Assembly (NCBI RefSeq): GCF_004010195.1
Contig: NC_057752.1
Span: 98,956 to 162,955, forward strand
Direction: 5' to 3'
Length of the DNA: 64,000 nt
From: Chiloscyllium plagiosum
Lineage: Eukaryota
The translations under genes and the position numbers were made by a program. The notes beneath the pieces were generated by a model, which saw nothing but the letters and a program-made list of their open reading frames with translations, made no database searches and was not told the DNA's origin. This document shows, piece after piece, positions 27,217 to 40,084 of this stretch (position 1 is the first letter of the stretch; each line of letters starts with the position of its first letter).

Positions 27217-27619
27217 CTGGGAAGAGAAACAAAAATCAAGTAGTGTATATTAAGATGAAATATTCTTCATTAATCTTTCAAAGGCTCTCACAACTTGTGT
27301 TTGAGCCAAAAAGGAATTTTTACTATGAAGGAAATAACAGATGGCAAAAGGTGCAGCAGTGGTTAGTCATACTAACCTTTAACCTGCCTTGAAATGTAGC
27401 CCAGACTACACTGAAGGTCTATTTTTCAAGGAACCATAAACGCTTGGATAATCTCAACCCAAGTCCTACTAGTTGTGTGCCTAAAACACCTCACAAAAAT
27501 CACAAAGCATGATGGGTTTAGAAAATGGGAAGCAAAAAGAAGCACATATTGACCCTCAAAGATTGGTTGAGGCAACAGAGAAAGAACAAGTCAAAGTTAC
27601 AGCAAGACAGTTGGCAACG

Positions 27620-28245
27620 GTTCGCTTTAGCATTTATTGCCAGGAGAATGGAATATAAACAGAGACATTTTACTGCCTCTATACAGGCTTTTGTGAAACC
27701 TCATCTTGAGTACTGTGTATAGATTTGGTTCCTATTTGCAAAAGGATATAATTGTTTTAGAAGCATTTCAGAGTAGGTTCACGAGTTACTCTTAGATAAA
27801 GCACCCACCTTGTAAAGAAAAGTTAAACAAGCTGGGCCAATACCCAATAGAGTTTAGAACAGTGAGGCGATCTTATCAAAACAAATAAGATCTTGAGGGA
27901 ACTTGATCAGGTGGATACTGGGAAGATGATTCCTCTTGTGGGGGTGACTAGATAATTTAAAAATAAGAGGTCTCCCTTTTAAAAAGGAGATTAAGATTTT
28001 TTTTTTCCTCAACGGGTCATTAATTTGGAATTCTCATCTCCAGAAAGCAGGAGACTGTCATTGAATTTATTCAAAGTGGAATTAGATAAGATTTTTAATG
28101 GACAAAGGACATAGATCGTTATGTCACAAAACAGACAGGAAAATGGAATGAAAACCACAACTAGAATCAGCTATGATCTTATCAAATGACATCGTAGGCT
28201 CAAAGGGTGACTGGCCCACTCCTGCACATAAGTCCTATTTTCTTA
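27620..28245 (+). mobile_element. Old CR1 3' fragment
   Basis: LAFIARRMEYK..FVKPHLEYCV followed by a CR1-type 3'UTR. Confidence 0.75.
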
Positions 28246-28847
28246 TCTCAAATTAGTCAGCATTACCTAAAGATGCTAAGTAAAAACTGATATGTTCATT
28301 TAAAATCTCCCTTCAAATTATTAGAAATAGAATCATTGCCAAGTAATACTGATCATGTATCTACATGGATTAAAACAGCTACTCACAGCTGATCTTAATG
28401 GATCCTCTCAAGCATTTCTCTCAGTTGAAAGGTTCAACAACATGCTTGCGTCACATCACATCATTTCCCTGCTCTTCCTGGAATGGCAAAAGGCTTAGTA
28501 GTTCCTTTAGGGAACATTGGGACCACTTCAAGATAACTCTCTATTGCCTACCAATTCACTGCACAGCTGTGAAGTGTTTCAGGTTTTCTTTCCCGCTTCC
28601 TTCTGTGCTACCTTCCAGCCTGTGTTGAATATTGCTGACAGGTTGCCTGGAGTGCAGCATTTGTAACATTGAGTAACCATCTGCACACACTTATCCTGCA
28701 AGAGGTTTTCTTCACAATATTTCATGGACCCTAGTCCAAGAATCTCTGAATCATACCACCACAGTAACTATGGGAAGAGCAGGATTAAAATCATGAATCA
28801 AATTATTTAAAACTAATAAAATGTAATATTATAGCTCAGGACTTTAC

Positions 28848-28968
28848 CTTTTCACTTTCTTGCACTGCATTTAAGTCTACTTCTATGACATGATTTTGAA
28901 GGCCCCCCAAGAGAACAGAGTTGTTGTCAGTGAGAAGAAGACTGTGCATGTCCTCAACTTCATCCATA
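28848..28968 (-). CDS. PAN2: PAN2 coding exon 3
   Basis: (A)MDEVEDMHSLLLTDNNSVLLGGLQNHVIEVDLNAVQESEK; acceptor ATTTCTAG, donor AAG|GTAAAG; 121 nt, completes the phase-2 codon. Confidence 0.95.
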
Positions 28969-30125
28969 CTAGAAATTTTGAAAAATGTAGTGTAAGTAAT
29001 TGCATAGACAAGAATAAGGAATACAGTCAAACACTACATATTCATGTTTAGCACTGTGCCAACACACATTGGATAAAACACTATTTGTTGCTTCAATGAA
29101 ATAAGACAATTCAAAACTCTATGTCACCATTTACTACTTAGCATGAAACATTATTAAACAAAACATTGTAACTAAGTTAACTAGTATCTCAATTAGGTTG
29201 TATTTTTCCACTAATATGATGTCACAAAGTGACTCCAATCTTTCACAGAGTGAAGGTGAGCATATATAAAGTCAGAAGTGTATAGAATGCTCACTGTTCC
29301 CACATCATTCAATGCAATATTGTAAACCTCCAAATTACCATTTTGCTTGACCTGAAGACATACAGGAGCCATTCAATATGTGAGACAGAATTGGGAGCTT
29401 TACTATTTAACAGATCAAACAATCTTGAATCCCACAGCTCTCACGCACTACAGATTTAACTCATGTTCAATGTCCATTTGATAGCAAAACATTTTTAAAA
29501 CTACCCTGCTTCTTCACCAGGACATTTACGTCATTGTTCTTTTGGATATATTTAAGAGAAAAGATGACTGCAGGAAAGTGATTGTAACTCTGTGCCTGAT
29601 GACAAACACTCTGCTTTCATGTTCACAGATGAATTATCAATTTGGAGTTTCTCAATCAAAGAACAGATTTTTTTTTTTAAAGTTGCACAAACCTCCAAAA
29701 TTTCAGATTGAAGTAACAATTTTTAAAAAAAATTATAAACATAAAATGAAGACTAAAATCAACAACAGCATATTAAGGAAAAGCAAAATAAAAGTTAAAC
29801 TAAGTTTAAAAAGCCAGAGAACAACAGAATTAAATGTTTGATCTAAGATTTGTGCTTCAGGTGACGAATTTAGTGTGACTGTTATAATGACAAATCTATT
29901 TCTGACTTTTACATAGATTAATTACTGTGTTCAAATTGTATGTATTTGAGTAGAAATCACATAAACCAAATTCACACAGGGAGCCAGGAAGCATTTACTC
30001 TCAGCTAAGGGTTATCTAAAGTAACTTTTCATAATTACTCAAACTTATAAGCATTTGAATTGCATGGATTTTATAAAATGAGAGGCTCCCTCTGTAGCCT
30101 CGCCAAATAACATCACAAAGACTAA

Positions 30126-30285
30126 TTAGATTAGATTACTTACAGTGTGGAAACAGGCCCTTCGGCACAACAAGTCCACACCGACCCGCCGAAGCGCAAC
30201 CCACCCATACCCCTACATTTGCCCCTTACCTAACACTACGGGCAATTTAGCATGGCCAATTCACCTGACCTGCACATCTTTGGAC
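30126..30285 (-). mobile_element. HE1-type SINE, 5'-truncated young copy
   Basis: Nearly identical to 22546-22706. Confidence 0.88.
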
Positions 30286-30739
30286 AATAATTAACATGAC
30301 AGACCAGAATTCCCAAGGTACAATCTTTATCTTCCATTTTTCTTTCTTCAGAAAGTGCTGCCCCATTCTGAAATGCAATTCCAAAAGTTGCAACAGCCCT
30401 CTTGAAATTTTGCAAAGTTGCTATTGCTCACATAACCTATAACACTGACTAATGCCGCATTCTTCACCATCAATCGAAGTGAAACCTTACAGCCACATCC
30501 GGCCAGATTCTCACCAAACATTAATATATACAACTAGCCAAAGAGTGACACTGGGCGAAGCAACAGTTGAAGTGACACAAGAATAGCCACTCAAGTTACA
30601 CATGGCCGGTCAGCATCGTGGAAACATACAGCCCAATCAACATCATCACAAGAGAGGTGAAAATTGGGGGTCTGGGGAAGAAAGAAAGAGAGGAATAAAA
30701 CTGTAGGTGTGTCAACATAACAACTTAATCGTATGATTA

Positions 30740-31232
30740 AACAAAGTTAGAGTTTAGGAATTTTGCAGTGGCTAACTCACCTCCTGATTTCCCAAAAACC
30801 TGTTTACCATCTACAAGGCACAATTCAGGAGATTTATGGAATACTCCCCACTTGTCTGGATGAACACAACTCCAAGCACACCCATGACATTCAACATTAT
30901 CCAAGACAAAGTAACCCACTTGATCGGTTATCCCAGCTGCTAAATTTAATAATTCATTCCCTCCACCACCCATACACAGTGGCAGCAGCATGTACTATCT
31001 ACAAGATGCACCACAGCAACTCACCAAGGTCCCTTCAACAGCACTTTCCAAACCTGCAAATTCTACCACTTAGAAGAACAGCAAATGCATGGGAGCTTAC
31101 TCCCTTATTCTAAAAGTACCTCCGTCATGTAAGCTGCAGTAATTCAATAAGGCAACTCACCATCATCTTCTCAAGTTTAATTAGGGATGGGTATTAAATG
31201 CTGGCCCGACCAGCAATGCTCACATTCCAAAC
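30740..31232 (+). mobile_element. 3' end of a non-LTR retrotransposon (clade uncertain)
   Basis: IHSLHHPYTVAAACTIYKMHH-type RT C-terminus. A related tail occurs on the minus strand at 40680-40870 and 55020-55120. Confidence 0.6.
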
Positions 31233-31340
31233 AGGAAGGGGGAAAAAAAAACTCCAATACTCTTTACCTCTTCAACTCATCTGTTCATCTACTTTTAATG
31301 CCCTGCCTTTAGGTTACAGGGTCTAAACTTAAAAACTTAC

Positions 31341-31510
31341 GCATAATCAAACATTATAAGTCCTCCTCGAGTAAAGCACTTGAGGTTATTCTTATTTAAA
31401 AAGAGCACTCCACTGTCTATGCTTTGGATGTGACGTATGTCATCAGTGGCGTTAACTTGAAAGGATGAGTAGCGTTCCATAGTGGGACCAAAGAAGGAGG
31501 TTGCATGGCC
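31341..31510 (-). CDS. PAN2: PAN2 coding exon 2 (WD40 region)
   Basis: GHATSFFGPTMERYSSFQVNATDDIRHIQSIDSGVLFLNKNNLKCFTRGGLIMFDY; acceptor TTTCTGTCTAG, donor GC|GTAAGT; 170 nt. Not in the ORF track. Confidence 0.96.
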
Positions 31511-32862
31511 CTAGACAGAAAAATTTCAAAGACGAATTTAGTCGCATTCTTCTGAGACAAAGGAGTCAAGCACCACACCAATCCAAAGCAAACTCAAAGA
31601 TTCCCAAAAGTATTACATAGCAAGAGCAGCAACAAACATAAACTATTTATCAAAAACCATTATTTTCTTTTACTAATGACAATGCAAAAGGATTTTGAAT
31701 CCTATTTCCAAAACACAATTTTTTAACAATTAAAAATTACAAGTAATTTGGAAGGTTCTGTTCACCACATGCAGGATCACCCCTCAGATCTGTGGTGTAC
31801 AATAATTAACACTACACAGGTCTACATCAAAATTAAGCTGTCAACATTAAAAAGGCAGCATGCTTAGACAGCTCTATGTTGATAAGTCTTGGGAAAACAA
31901 AACTTTCAATTTTAAAAAATGAATAAAACAGACTTTTCAAATATTTATTGTGCATCGTGTTAATTTAACAGAAAAAGAATGCAAGGAAATAACATGTATA
32001 TGCAGCAAAACTATACTGTGTGGGATGACACTGAATCAACATATTTCTCTGTGACTGACAGCTTGTGATTTTGTATCAAGTCACCTGAGCAGAACTGAAA
32101 ACTTCCTCATCTCACCCAAGCTGATAGTAAGGACCAGCCAGGTGGCCTTTTGGGATTTCTTCACAAGGTAAGGGAGTGTGTGAAGGAAAAGTAGATTTTC
32201 TAGCGATCGCCCAGGAGCCATTTTTGCATCAACATTGCAGAATCCTGGAAAGCGGACAGATTCCAATCCCACATCAACCATCAACACAATTATGAGCATT
32301 CAAAATGCAACTTTTTTTAAAAAAGAATTCTGAATGCTTATGCTATATTTGCAAATTGATCAGTACTATTTGTTTTGACTCAACTGCATAAATCATTAAC
32401 TTAAAAAGAGAAACTCTCGGAACAGGTGATAATAATTTATCATAATCTGTGTCTGATTATAAGGGTCCTTTTGTGGTGCAGTGGTAGTATCCCTACCCCT
32501 GAACTGAGAGACAGGTTCGAAGTTCCACCAGCTCCAGAGGTGTGTAATAACATCTCTGAATAGGCCAATTAGGAAAAATAGGTCTTTATCTGATTATAGT
32601 CGGATTATTTTAAACAGATACACCCGACAACTAACTTCAAAATCAATCTTTTTATCATACTTTTAAATTTTACAAGTCAAATTGCAACTCAGTGGGTTAG
32701 GACTCATCAGCAGATTCTGGACCATCCCTGTTATATCAAGTGACCTGTAAGCTGTACAAATACAACATACCAATCAATTATCCACTGGTATACCCAAAGG
32801 CCTCTATCCTAGAACTGAGACCCATTACTTTACTTGATTGGAGGTTAATGTACTACACTTAC

Positions 32863-33174
32863 CCCATGATTTCCCACCCAGAGCAATTCATCTTGAAGGT
32901 CAAAATGTGATGCAGTTACAGGGACTCCGACTTCTGCAACAACCCTGTGCAGCGCTGAATACATTCCCTCCACAAGGTGTACAGATTCAGATACTGAGAC
33001 CGGCATGCCATCCAGCTGGACACCATCTGCTTCCAGTTCCACATTCTGCAGTAAGTTGGGGTCAAGCCGTGGGTCCAGGGAATGCTCAATTGAATTGTCC
33101 AGGGAAGGGTCAATGCCAGGATGCAGGGATGGTGAGTATTCCCCAAGGCCAGAATCAAGACCATCAAAATTCAT
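32863..33174 (-). CDS. PAN2: PAN2 coding exon 1 (start codon; exon begins at 33182 with 8 nt of UTR)
   Basis: Translates MNFDGLDSGLGEYSPSLHPG...SHFDLQDELLWVGNHG, matching the vertebrate PAN2 N-terminus. Context AAACCATGA with an in-frame TAA just upstream; acceptor TTTTCATCCCTAG before 33182; donor GGG|GTAAGT; 312 nt, phase 0. Confidence 0.96.
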
Positions 33175-33789
33175 GGTTTATTCTAGGGATGAAAAGAATA
33201 GAAGTACTTGGGAGAGAAATAAGTTCCAATTTATGTGGCAGTTATTTAAACCCATCTTAGCCAAAACATGTATGCAAAACAAATATCATTTCCACTTTAT
33301 TCCCCCAACTGAAAACATCCTGTCTTCTCTTGTTACTACACCATGTAGTAGAAAGGTTACATTCGTCAAGCCTGTGCCAGAGAGCTGGAAATACTTCAAA
33401 AAGTCTTATATGACTACAAATGGTTGCTAGCCACCATACAATGTGCAGAAAACATTCAACAAAATTCGAAATTAATACACAATTATACTGCAGAACACGG
33501 AAGCCGGAAGTTCATAATGAAAGATACTCAGATTAAAATTAGAAAATCACAAAACGCCTTCCAAACTCCAGTGATGTAGTACATAAAATGACAGGCCAGT
33601 GCCTCTAGGACAAGGCAGATGGGATTCAACCAAACCCGTGATAATGCTGTCATTTTAAAAAGGTTTTCTTGTCCTTGTTTTTTTTGAAGAGAGGTCATAA
33701 AGGCAGAGGTGCCAAACAAACAAATAACAAAGTCTCGTTTAACAATGAACCTCTGACTTTCTTCTAAGATTTCTCTCATGATGCTATTC

Positions 33790-34106
33790 CCTCCTGCCAG
33801 TAAGAATCGGTGTTTGAATTTGTCGTTTTGCCAAGGGGTGTGTTTATGGGATGTTACTGTACTGGAACAGTTAATTGGTAACAGTTACTGTATTGGGTTA
33901 GTTAAGTTTGCCAATAATTAAGTTATTCTAAATTCTGCTTTCTTTTGTTTGTGTTTAAGTAAATTGTTTTGTTTAAGCTGAGTGGTTTGATGAGTCGCAT
34001 CATACCTGGAACACCCACTTCACATCTGTCTTTAAAATAAGAAAAAGCTATGATCTAGGCTACCTTCTTAAAAATATTTTGAGGGGATCTGGTCTGGTCC
34101 ATAACA
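33790..34106. mobile_element. Possible LTR remnant
   Basis: T-rich segment contrasting with A-rich flanks and ending ...GGTCCATAACA (LTR-like CA end); second end and TSD not identified. Confidence 0.3.
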
Positions 34107-34225
34107 GACCTCAAATATCAACATAATCTGAGCACACAATAACCTGCCTTTTTGTAGGTGATTCTAGTACTGTTATCCAATTATCAAACTAAACATAACA
34201 CACAAAACATTCGGCTTACACTTAC

Positions 34226-34270
34226 CAATGATTTCTAAAATCCAATTTTCCAATTATGACAATATCAAAG
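34226..34270 (-). other. Candidate 45-nt non-coding 5'UTR exon of PAN2
   Basis: Minus strand: branch-like GACTAAT ~50 nt upstream, acceptor TTTTCTTTGCATTATTTGTAG, consensus donor TTG|GTAAGT. The acceptor on coding exon 1 requires an upstream exon. Confidence 0.5.
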
Positions 34271-35220
34271 CTACAAATAATGCAAAGAAAACATAATTTC
34301 AAATTATCACCCATTTTTAATTAGTCATATCCAAACCACTTTGGTAGAAGTACTTTTCCAAACTAAACAAGGAGGATTTCTCCAATGTTACAGTAAAACA
34401 CAAATCCTATAAAACTTCTTTTTCAAAAGACATTGATCCCTTGCTGGGCACATGATGGCCCCTAATCCAAGTGAACACCATTCATTTTGGAATAGTAAAT
34501 GCTGACAAGCAACTTAATCCTGCAGGACATCACAACCTACTTCCAACAATTATAACTGGATAGTGAACAGCAGTGAGAATCCTGACCAACTTTTCTCTTT
34601 TTAATGTTGATAGATGATCAACAACATAGAAGTTACTGGAAATTCAAATCTCATATAGGACATAAAATTGTTGGTTGAGATTACATGACACAGACTCAGG
34701 AGTTGTTCTCTTTCACAAATGCGTATTACCAAAATTGTAACTAAAACTTAATGCTGCCCCAATGTATTTAACAATACTTTCTCTTGGTAGCAATTTCATC
34801 AATATTGCAATGCAGGAATTAGATGTTCAAAGTACAAAACAGATTAAAGGAAACTCGCTGAAGCAAAAACTCATGTCAATTTTCAAATGCCAAAACGAAA
34901 CTTTATGGCAGGCCAAGTAGAGGACAGTTTTTGTGGACAGGAAGTCACAAATTAAATGATGTATCTGCTATCCAGGACCCCTACATTCCCGATGTATTTA
35001 TGTGGAATGAATCAAATGATAATTCATGGCATGGTATTAGGAAGATAGAACATATAAATCCAAAAACCAAGAAGTAACAAAATAAGAGAGTGTGCAGCAA
35101 ACTAGGCTATTTTGTGTATTTCCTAAAAGCAGACTCCCGAGTAACACATACCATGGGGAAAGAAAAGGGGAACCAACACCATAAAAGACAAAATAAACTT
35201 TAACCTAGCAATCAAACTTT

Positions 35221-36000
35221 TCACTGATCGTTAACGTTTTTATGAAGTCTTCTAGCCATTCTAGTATTTCACACAGAACTGGCGCAGGTGGAAGGTAGTC
35301 CCCTTGGCGAAAATTGACTGAGTTAGTTTGCTATAATTTGTGCTGTTTTCCATTTTTTAAACTCGTAATCTCAAACAATTATCGTCAGGCTGTCATTTCG
35401 ACGATATTCAACAGCCATAGGCGATGGTTAAAACAGGGATTTGAAAAAAAACGTCAGCCAGGCCCAGCCAACATGCTGATTGCCTTTTCCAGTTACTTCA
35501 CATTAAATTCTTATTACATGGCTCACTTATCACGCATTAATATTGAACCTACCAGCACTTCCTTTTTATCATTTATCGTTTCACATTACACACAAAAACA
35601 TAACCAACTACCATTAAAACAAAGCTCAAAAAAGCCCAACAACAATACTACCCACAATCCACTGCAACAGCCATATTATTCTGATGGGCAAGCGTTCCAC
35701 CCAATCTATAATCGTTGGAGGCGGGGTTTCAAGCCCGGCTGTGTACGGATGCTGCTTGGTTCCTCAAGCAAAGTAAAAATCGAAAGTAGATCCAGAAGAG
35801 CATAACGCGCGAGGGAAGCAGTACAAGAAGGTTGCGGAAACTTGATGTAAATTCTTATCATTGGTATGCGAATCTTTGTAGTTAAATTCGTTTTTGAGGT
35901 ACAACCGCAGTAGTTTTGCTCCTCAGCCTGGTTCATGATGGGTATGAGTATTGTTGCTATATCTCCAGGAATTAAAGATGAATTCCTGTTCGGAATAAAA
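35221..36000. promoter_or_regulatory. CpG-undepleted non-repeat island; candidate PAN2 promoter/first exon
   Basis: About 26 CpGs by hand count in 780 bp of AT-rich DNA, versus strong CpG depletion in neighbouring unique sequence. Contains GGAGGCGGGG (~35717), CCAAT/ATTGG (35701, ~35860) and CGCGCG (~35806); lies 2-3 kb upstream of the ATG exon. Confidence 0.45.
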
Positions 36001-36639
36001 CATAGCTTTAAAAAATTGAACATTTTCAATTATTTTGGAGAAACTGAGTGAAAAAGGCAGTTTATGGAAGTTACTTAGGGTCAAGTATCACGTGGTAGCA
36101 CCACTGATCCAGAATCTGGTTTCCAGCATCTGCAGTCATTGTTTTTATCCAGTACTATATACAGCCAGAGCTCGCAATACTAGGCACAGTTTAGAGGTAC
36201 AATTTTAAAGCAGCTTGGTGTTTTGCAAAGGTGAATTTTAACAAAACAGTATGCATAAATGTGAAGCGGTTACAAATGTAAAAGCAATACACACAGTATG
36301 TCATAAAATCTGGTATTTGACAGATGGATGATTGAAAGGGCTGAAGAAGTCATCCTGGACTCAAAACATTAACTCTGTTTTCTTTCCACAGATGCTGCCA
36401 GATCTGCTGAATTTATCTCGCAATTTCTGTTTTTCGTTTGAATGAAAGGGCAGTTCCATTATTGCATATAGACTATTTCATAACCCTATCCATCTTTCAA
36501 ATGCTGAATCTCATTTTGGACTTGGCTAAAGCAAATGTGTCACAACTTAAAGCTCATAAACGTTTGATTAATTTTATCAGAATTCTTCGAAGAAGTAAAA
36601 AAAAGTGGACAATGGAGACAATGACTTGTTGGCATTGGA

Positions 36640-37430
36640 GACAGACTAGAAGAGGCATATTAGGTTGGTCCCAGGCAAGGGGGGATTTTCTTATGAGGCG
36701 AATTAGGTTAGGTCAGTATTCATTGGAATTAAGACACATAAGAAGCAATTTTATTGAAACATACAAGATTCTTAGGGGAGTTTGACAGAGTAGATATCAA
36801 AAGGTTATTTCCTTTTGTGGAAGAGTCTAGGACCAGAGGGAGTAATGGATCACGCCTTTAGGGTAGAAATTAGGAGGAATTTCTTCTTTGAGGGTAGTTA
36901 ATATTTTTGTCCTAATCAACCTGTTTAGAGATGCTATTACCTGGTTCTGGAACAAGTGGGACTTGAACTTAGGCCTCCTGGCTCAGAGGTTAACACATCA
37001 GGTTAAGACCCTTTGGACTAAAAGATACCACTGAAATTCAAATTCAGAATCTCATGGTTACAAGGCACCACTAAGCCAAGGCACCTCCTTAAGTATCTCA
37101 TTTAATCCTCAGATTGGATTTTGCACCAGAATTTGAACCCAAAGCTCAAGGTTTGCATGCTCAGCAACAGAGCTACTACATCACCACATCTAGCCAGAGA
37201 GTAGTGAATCTAGTGGAATTCTTTACTACAAATAGCTGTAGTAGCTGGTTCATCAAGTAAATTCACTGCTGGAGTAGACAGATTTGTAATCAGTAAGAGA
37301 ATCAAGAGTATTGGGGAAAAAGCATGAAAGTGGAGTTCAGGGTTATCAGATCAGCCATAATCTAATGGAGCATGACTCAATAGGCTGAATGGTCTATTTC
37401 TGCTCCTATGTCTTATGTTCTTATGGGAAA
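36640..37430 (+). mobile_element. Old CR1 3' fragment with internal insertions
   Basis: RLGQYSLELRHIRSNFIETYKILRG; CR1 3'UTR at 37330-37425. Confidence 0.7.
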
Positions 37431-37532
37431 CTCCAGATCTGATATACTTGGATTTCCAAAGGAGCATTTAATAAGGTACCACATCAAAGGTTGCTACACA
37501 CAATAAGGTCTAATAGCATAGGGGATAACACT

Positions 37533-37838
37533 GAATCATAGAAGCCCTACAGTGCAGAAAGAGGCCATTCAGCCCATTGAAACTGCACCAACCCTCCAAA
37601 GAGCATCACACCCAGGCCTACACTCCCTGTAAGCCCACGTTTCCCATAGCTAACCCACCAAAGCCTGCACATCCCCGGACACTATGAACAATTTAGCATG
37701 GCCAATCCACCTAACCTGCACATCTTTGGACTGTGGGAGGAAACTGGAGCACCCAGTGGAAACCCACGCAGACATGGGGAGAATGTGCAAACTCCACACA
37801 GCCACCCAAGCCGAAATTGAACCCGGGTCTCTGGTGCT
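37533..37838 (-). mobile_element. HE1-type V-SINE (older)
   Basis: V-domain and B box on the minus strand. Confidence 0.85.
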
Positions 37839-39447
37839 TACATAGAAACACTGAAAGAGGACATTCAATCCAGTATGTCCCTACTAGCTGAATAAACCAA
37901 CTACATAATCTAATCCCTCTTAATTCTCATATTTGTATGTTCACCGGCATATGGGACTGGCAGCAATCCTGAGACCACCTGCCTTTCAGTCTCTTACATA
38001 TCTCCCTGAAATCCACTTTCAGGACCTCATCCCTATTCCTGTATAAGTCATTGATATCAATGTGCATGACCTCACCCTCCCCTGCAGTCACTTTGTAGCA
38101 TCCTTTACTTTGGCACTTGGAAGGCAACATACTGTCCTCTAGTCATATCATTGGCTGCAGAAACTCCAGTCTCATTCCTTAATAGTGGAATCCCCTCTCA
38201 CTATTGCTCTTCTATTCTCTATTTCTCTCTCCCTCCCATCCCATATACCTGAGCTTACACTGCTTCCAACTTTGCTGTGGTTGCACTCTCCTGAGCAAAA
38301 TGGAGAGAGGAATGGTTAGTAAACAGGAAGCATAAATGGCTTATTTTCAGGTTGATAAGCAATGATTTGTGGGGTGCGACAGAGATAAGTGGGGGTCCCA
38401 ACTATTTACAATCTGTATCATTTGGATGAAGGGACAGAATGCATGGTTACTATATTTGCTGATGCCACCGCTACGTCAGGAGGTAAAGTTGCCATAGTAC
38501 CACTGTCATTCAAGAGAGAGACAACTAGTGGTGGTTTAACCTGAAGGTCACCACACCCAAGGCAAGGGGAGAGGTTGTGAATGAGAGTCCTTGATAACTG
38601 CAGCCAGTGTGGGAATTGAACTCATGCTGTTGTCATCATTCTGTATCATAAATTTGCTAACTGCTCATAGGTTGGATGCTGAGAGGATGTTGCCCCTTCT
38701 CAGGAGAGTCTAGAACTAGTGGACACAGTTTAAAAATTAGGAGTTTCCCATTTAAAATTGAAATTAATCATAATTTTTACAGAAGATCATTGGTCTGTGG
38801 AATTCTCTTCCATAGAGAGTGGCTTTTCCACAGTAGTAGCTGGGTCATTAAGTATATTTAAGACTGGGTTAGATAGATTTCTGGTTGACCGAGGAGTTAA
38901 GGGGGACAAACAGGTAGGTGGAGACCACAATCAAATCAGCCTTGATCTTATTGAATGGTGGAGCAGGCTTGAAGGCCTGCTTGTGCTCCTATTTCTTGTG
39001 TTCTTGACTTATCCCCAGATAAAAAGCAAACTCAAAAATAGCCCAGATTATAAACCTATGACACAAAGCAATTGGACATAATTTATGCTATAAGTGTAGT
39101 CATTCCTTTACTTGTAGAAAAAGAAAATGTAAATTGGAAATAATTCTGGCTGACACCTTGCTGCAGTTTTAAGCTACGACCTTTCAGATGAGTGTTCCAT
39201 CAAAGCTCCAGCTACCTGATCAAGTAGACTATTTCAAGAAGAGAGGAGAGTTCTCCTGGTATCCTGAGCAACATTTATTCCTCAATCAGCATCACATGAT
39301 TAGATTATTACCTCCCTGATGTAAGTGAGAGCTTCCTTTTGAACAAATTGATTGCCATGTTTCCTACTTTATATATTTTTTCCTACTTTATATAGTGGCA
39401 GCATTTCCAAAAGTACGTAATTGGTTGTCAAGCACCCTAGAATATTC

Positions 39448-39554
39448 TGATGTTGTGTCAGGTTCTGATGTTGTGTCAAATGATGTTGTGTCATTTGTGT
39501 CAAATGACACAAATGATGTTGTGTCAAAGTGATGTTGTGTCTGATGTTGTGTCA
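39448..39554. repeat. Irregular cluster of six TGATGTTGTGTC copies with an internal 12-bp hairpin
   Basis: Copies start at 39448, 39466, 39481, 39514, 39530 and 39542; TCATTTGTGTCA-AA-TGACACAAATGA at 39491-39516. Confidence 0.9.
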
Positions 39555-40084
39555 AATTATATACAAAACTCTTTAAGTATATGAAAACTTGAAGGGGATT
39601 TCAAATTTTGAATATACAAAATAGGTCCTGCATTTCGGGGCTCTGAAACGTCCCCTATGAAATTGTCAGTTTTAAAGATGATCCATTCTGGCTCTTCACA
39701 TTTGTAGTGGTCTTAGTGGATTTTTAATCCAAAAGGTGGTGTGGGTGGGGGAATAACATTGGGATTTTCAATAAACCAACTTGAACATTGTTTTCCAAAA
39801 GTTAGTTGAACAACTACTCTCTCACAGTCAATCACCATTGCCATTCTAATTTCTGGAGACACTGGGCAGAATCTTCCCACCTTGAAAATATTCTCCATTG
39901 GAGATAAATGGGCAAGTAGGAAGAGGCAATACATGCTGGCTCAGCCAGTGATGCCCACATCCCATGAGTGAATAAATAAAAGGGCTTGACCACAACAGTC
40001 TATGGTGGGCAGATTCCCAAGGCTGCAGGCCTAAGCAGAGAACCTACAGCTTTGGAAGGCCAACATCTCCACTAATAGGACTGC

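Noticed and set aside
35580..35670. Mitochondrial insertion suggested by A/C skew
   Set aside because: No mitochondrial gene, tRNA or control-region motif recognised.
39448..39554. CRISPR-like array
   Set aside because: Vertebrate DNA, 12-bp repeats, and 0-21-nt spacers derived from the repeat itself.
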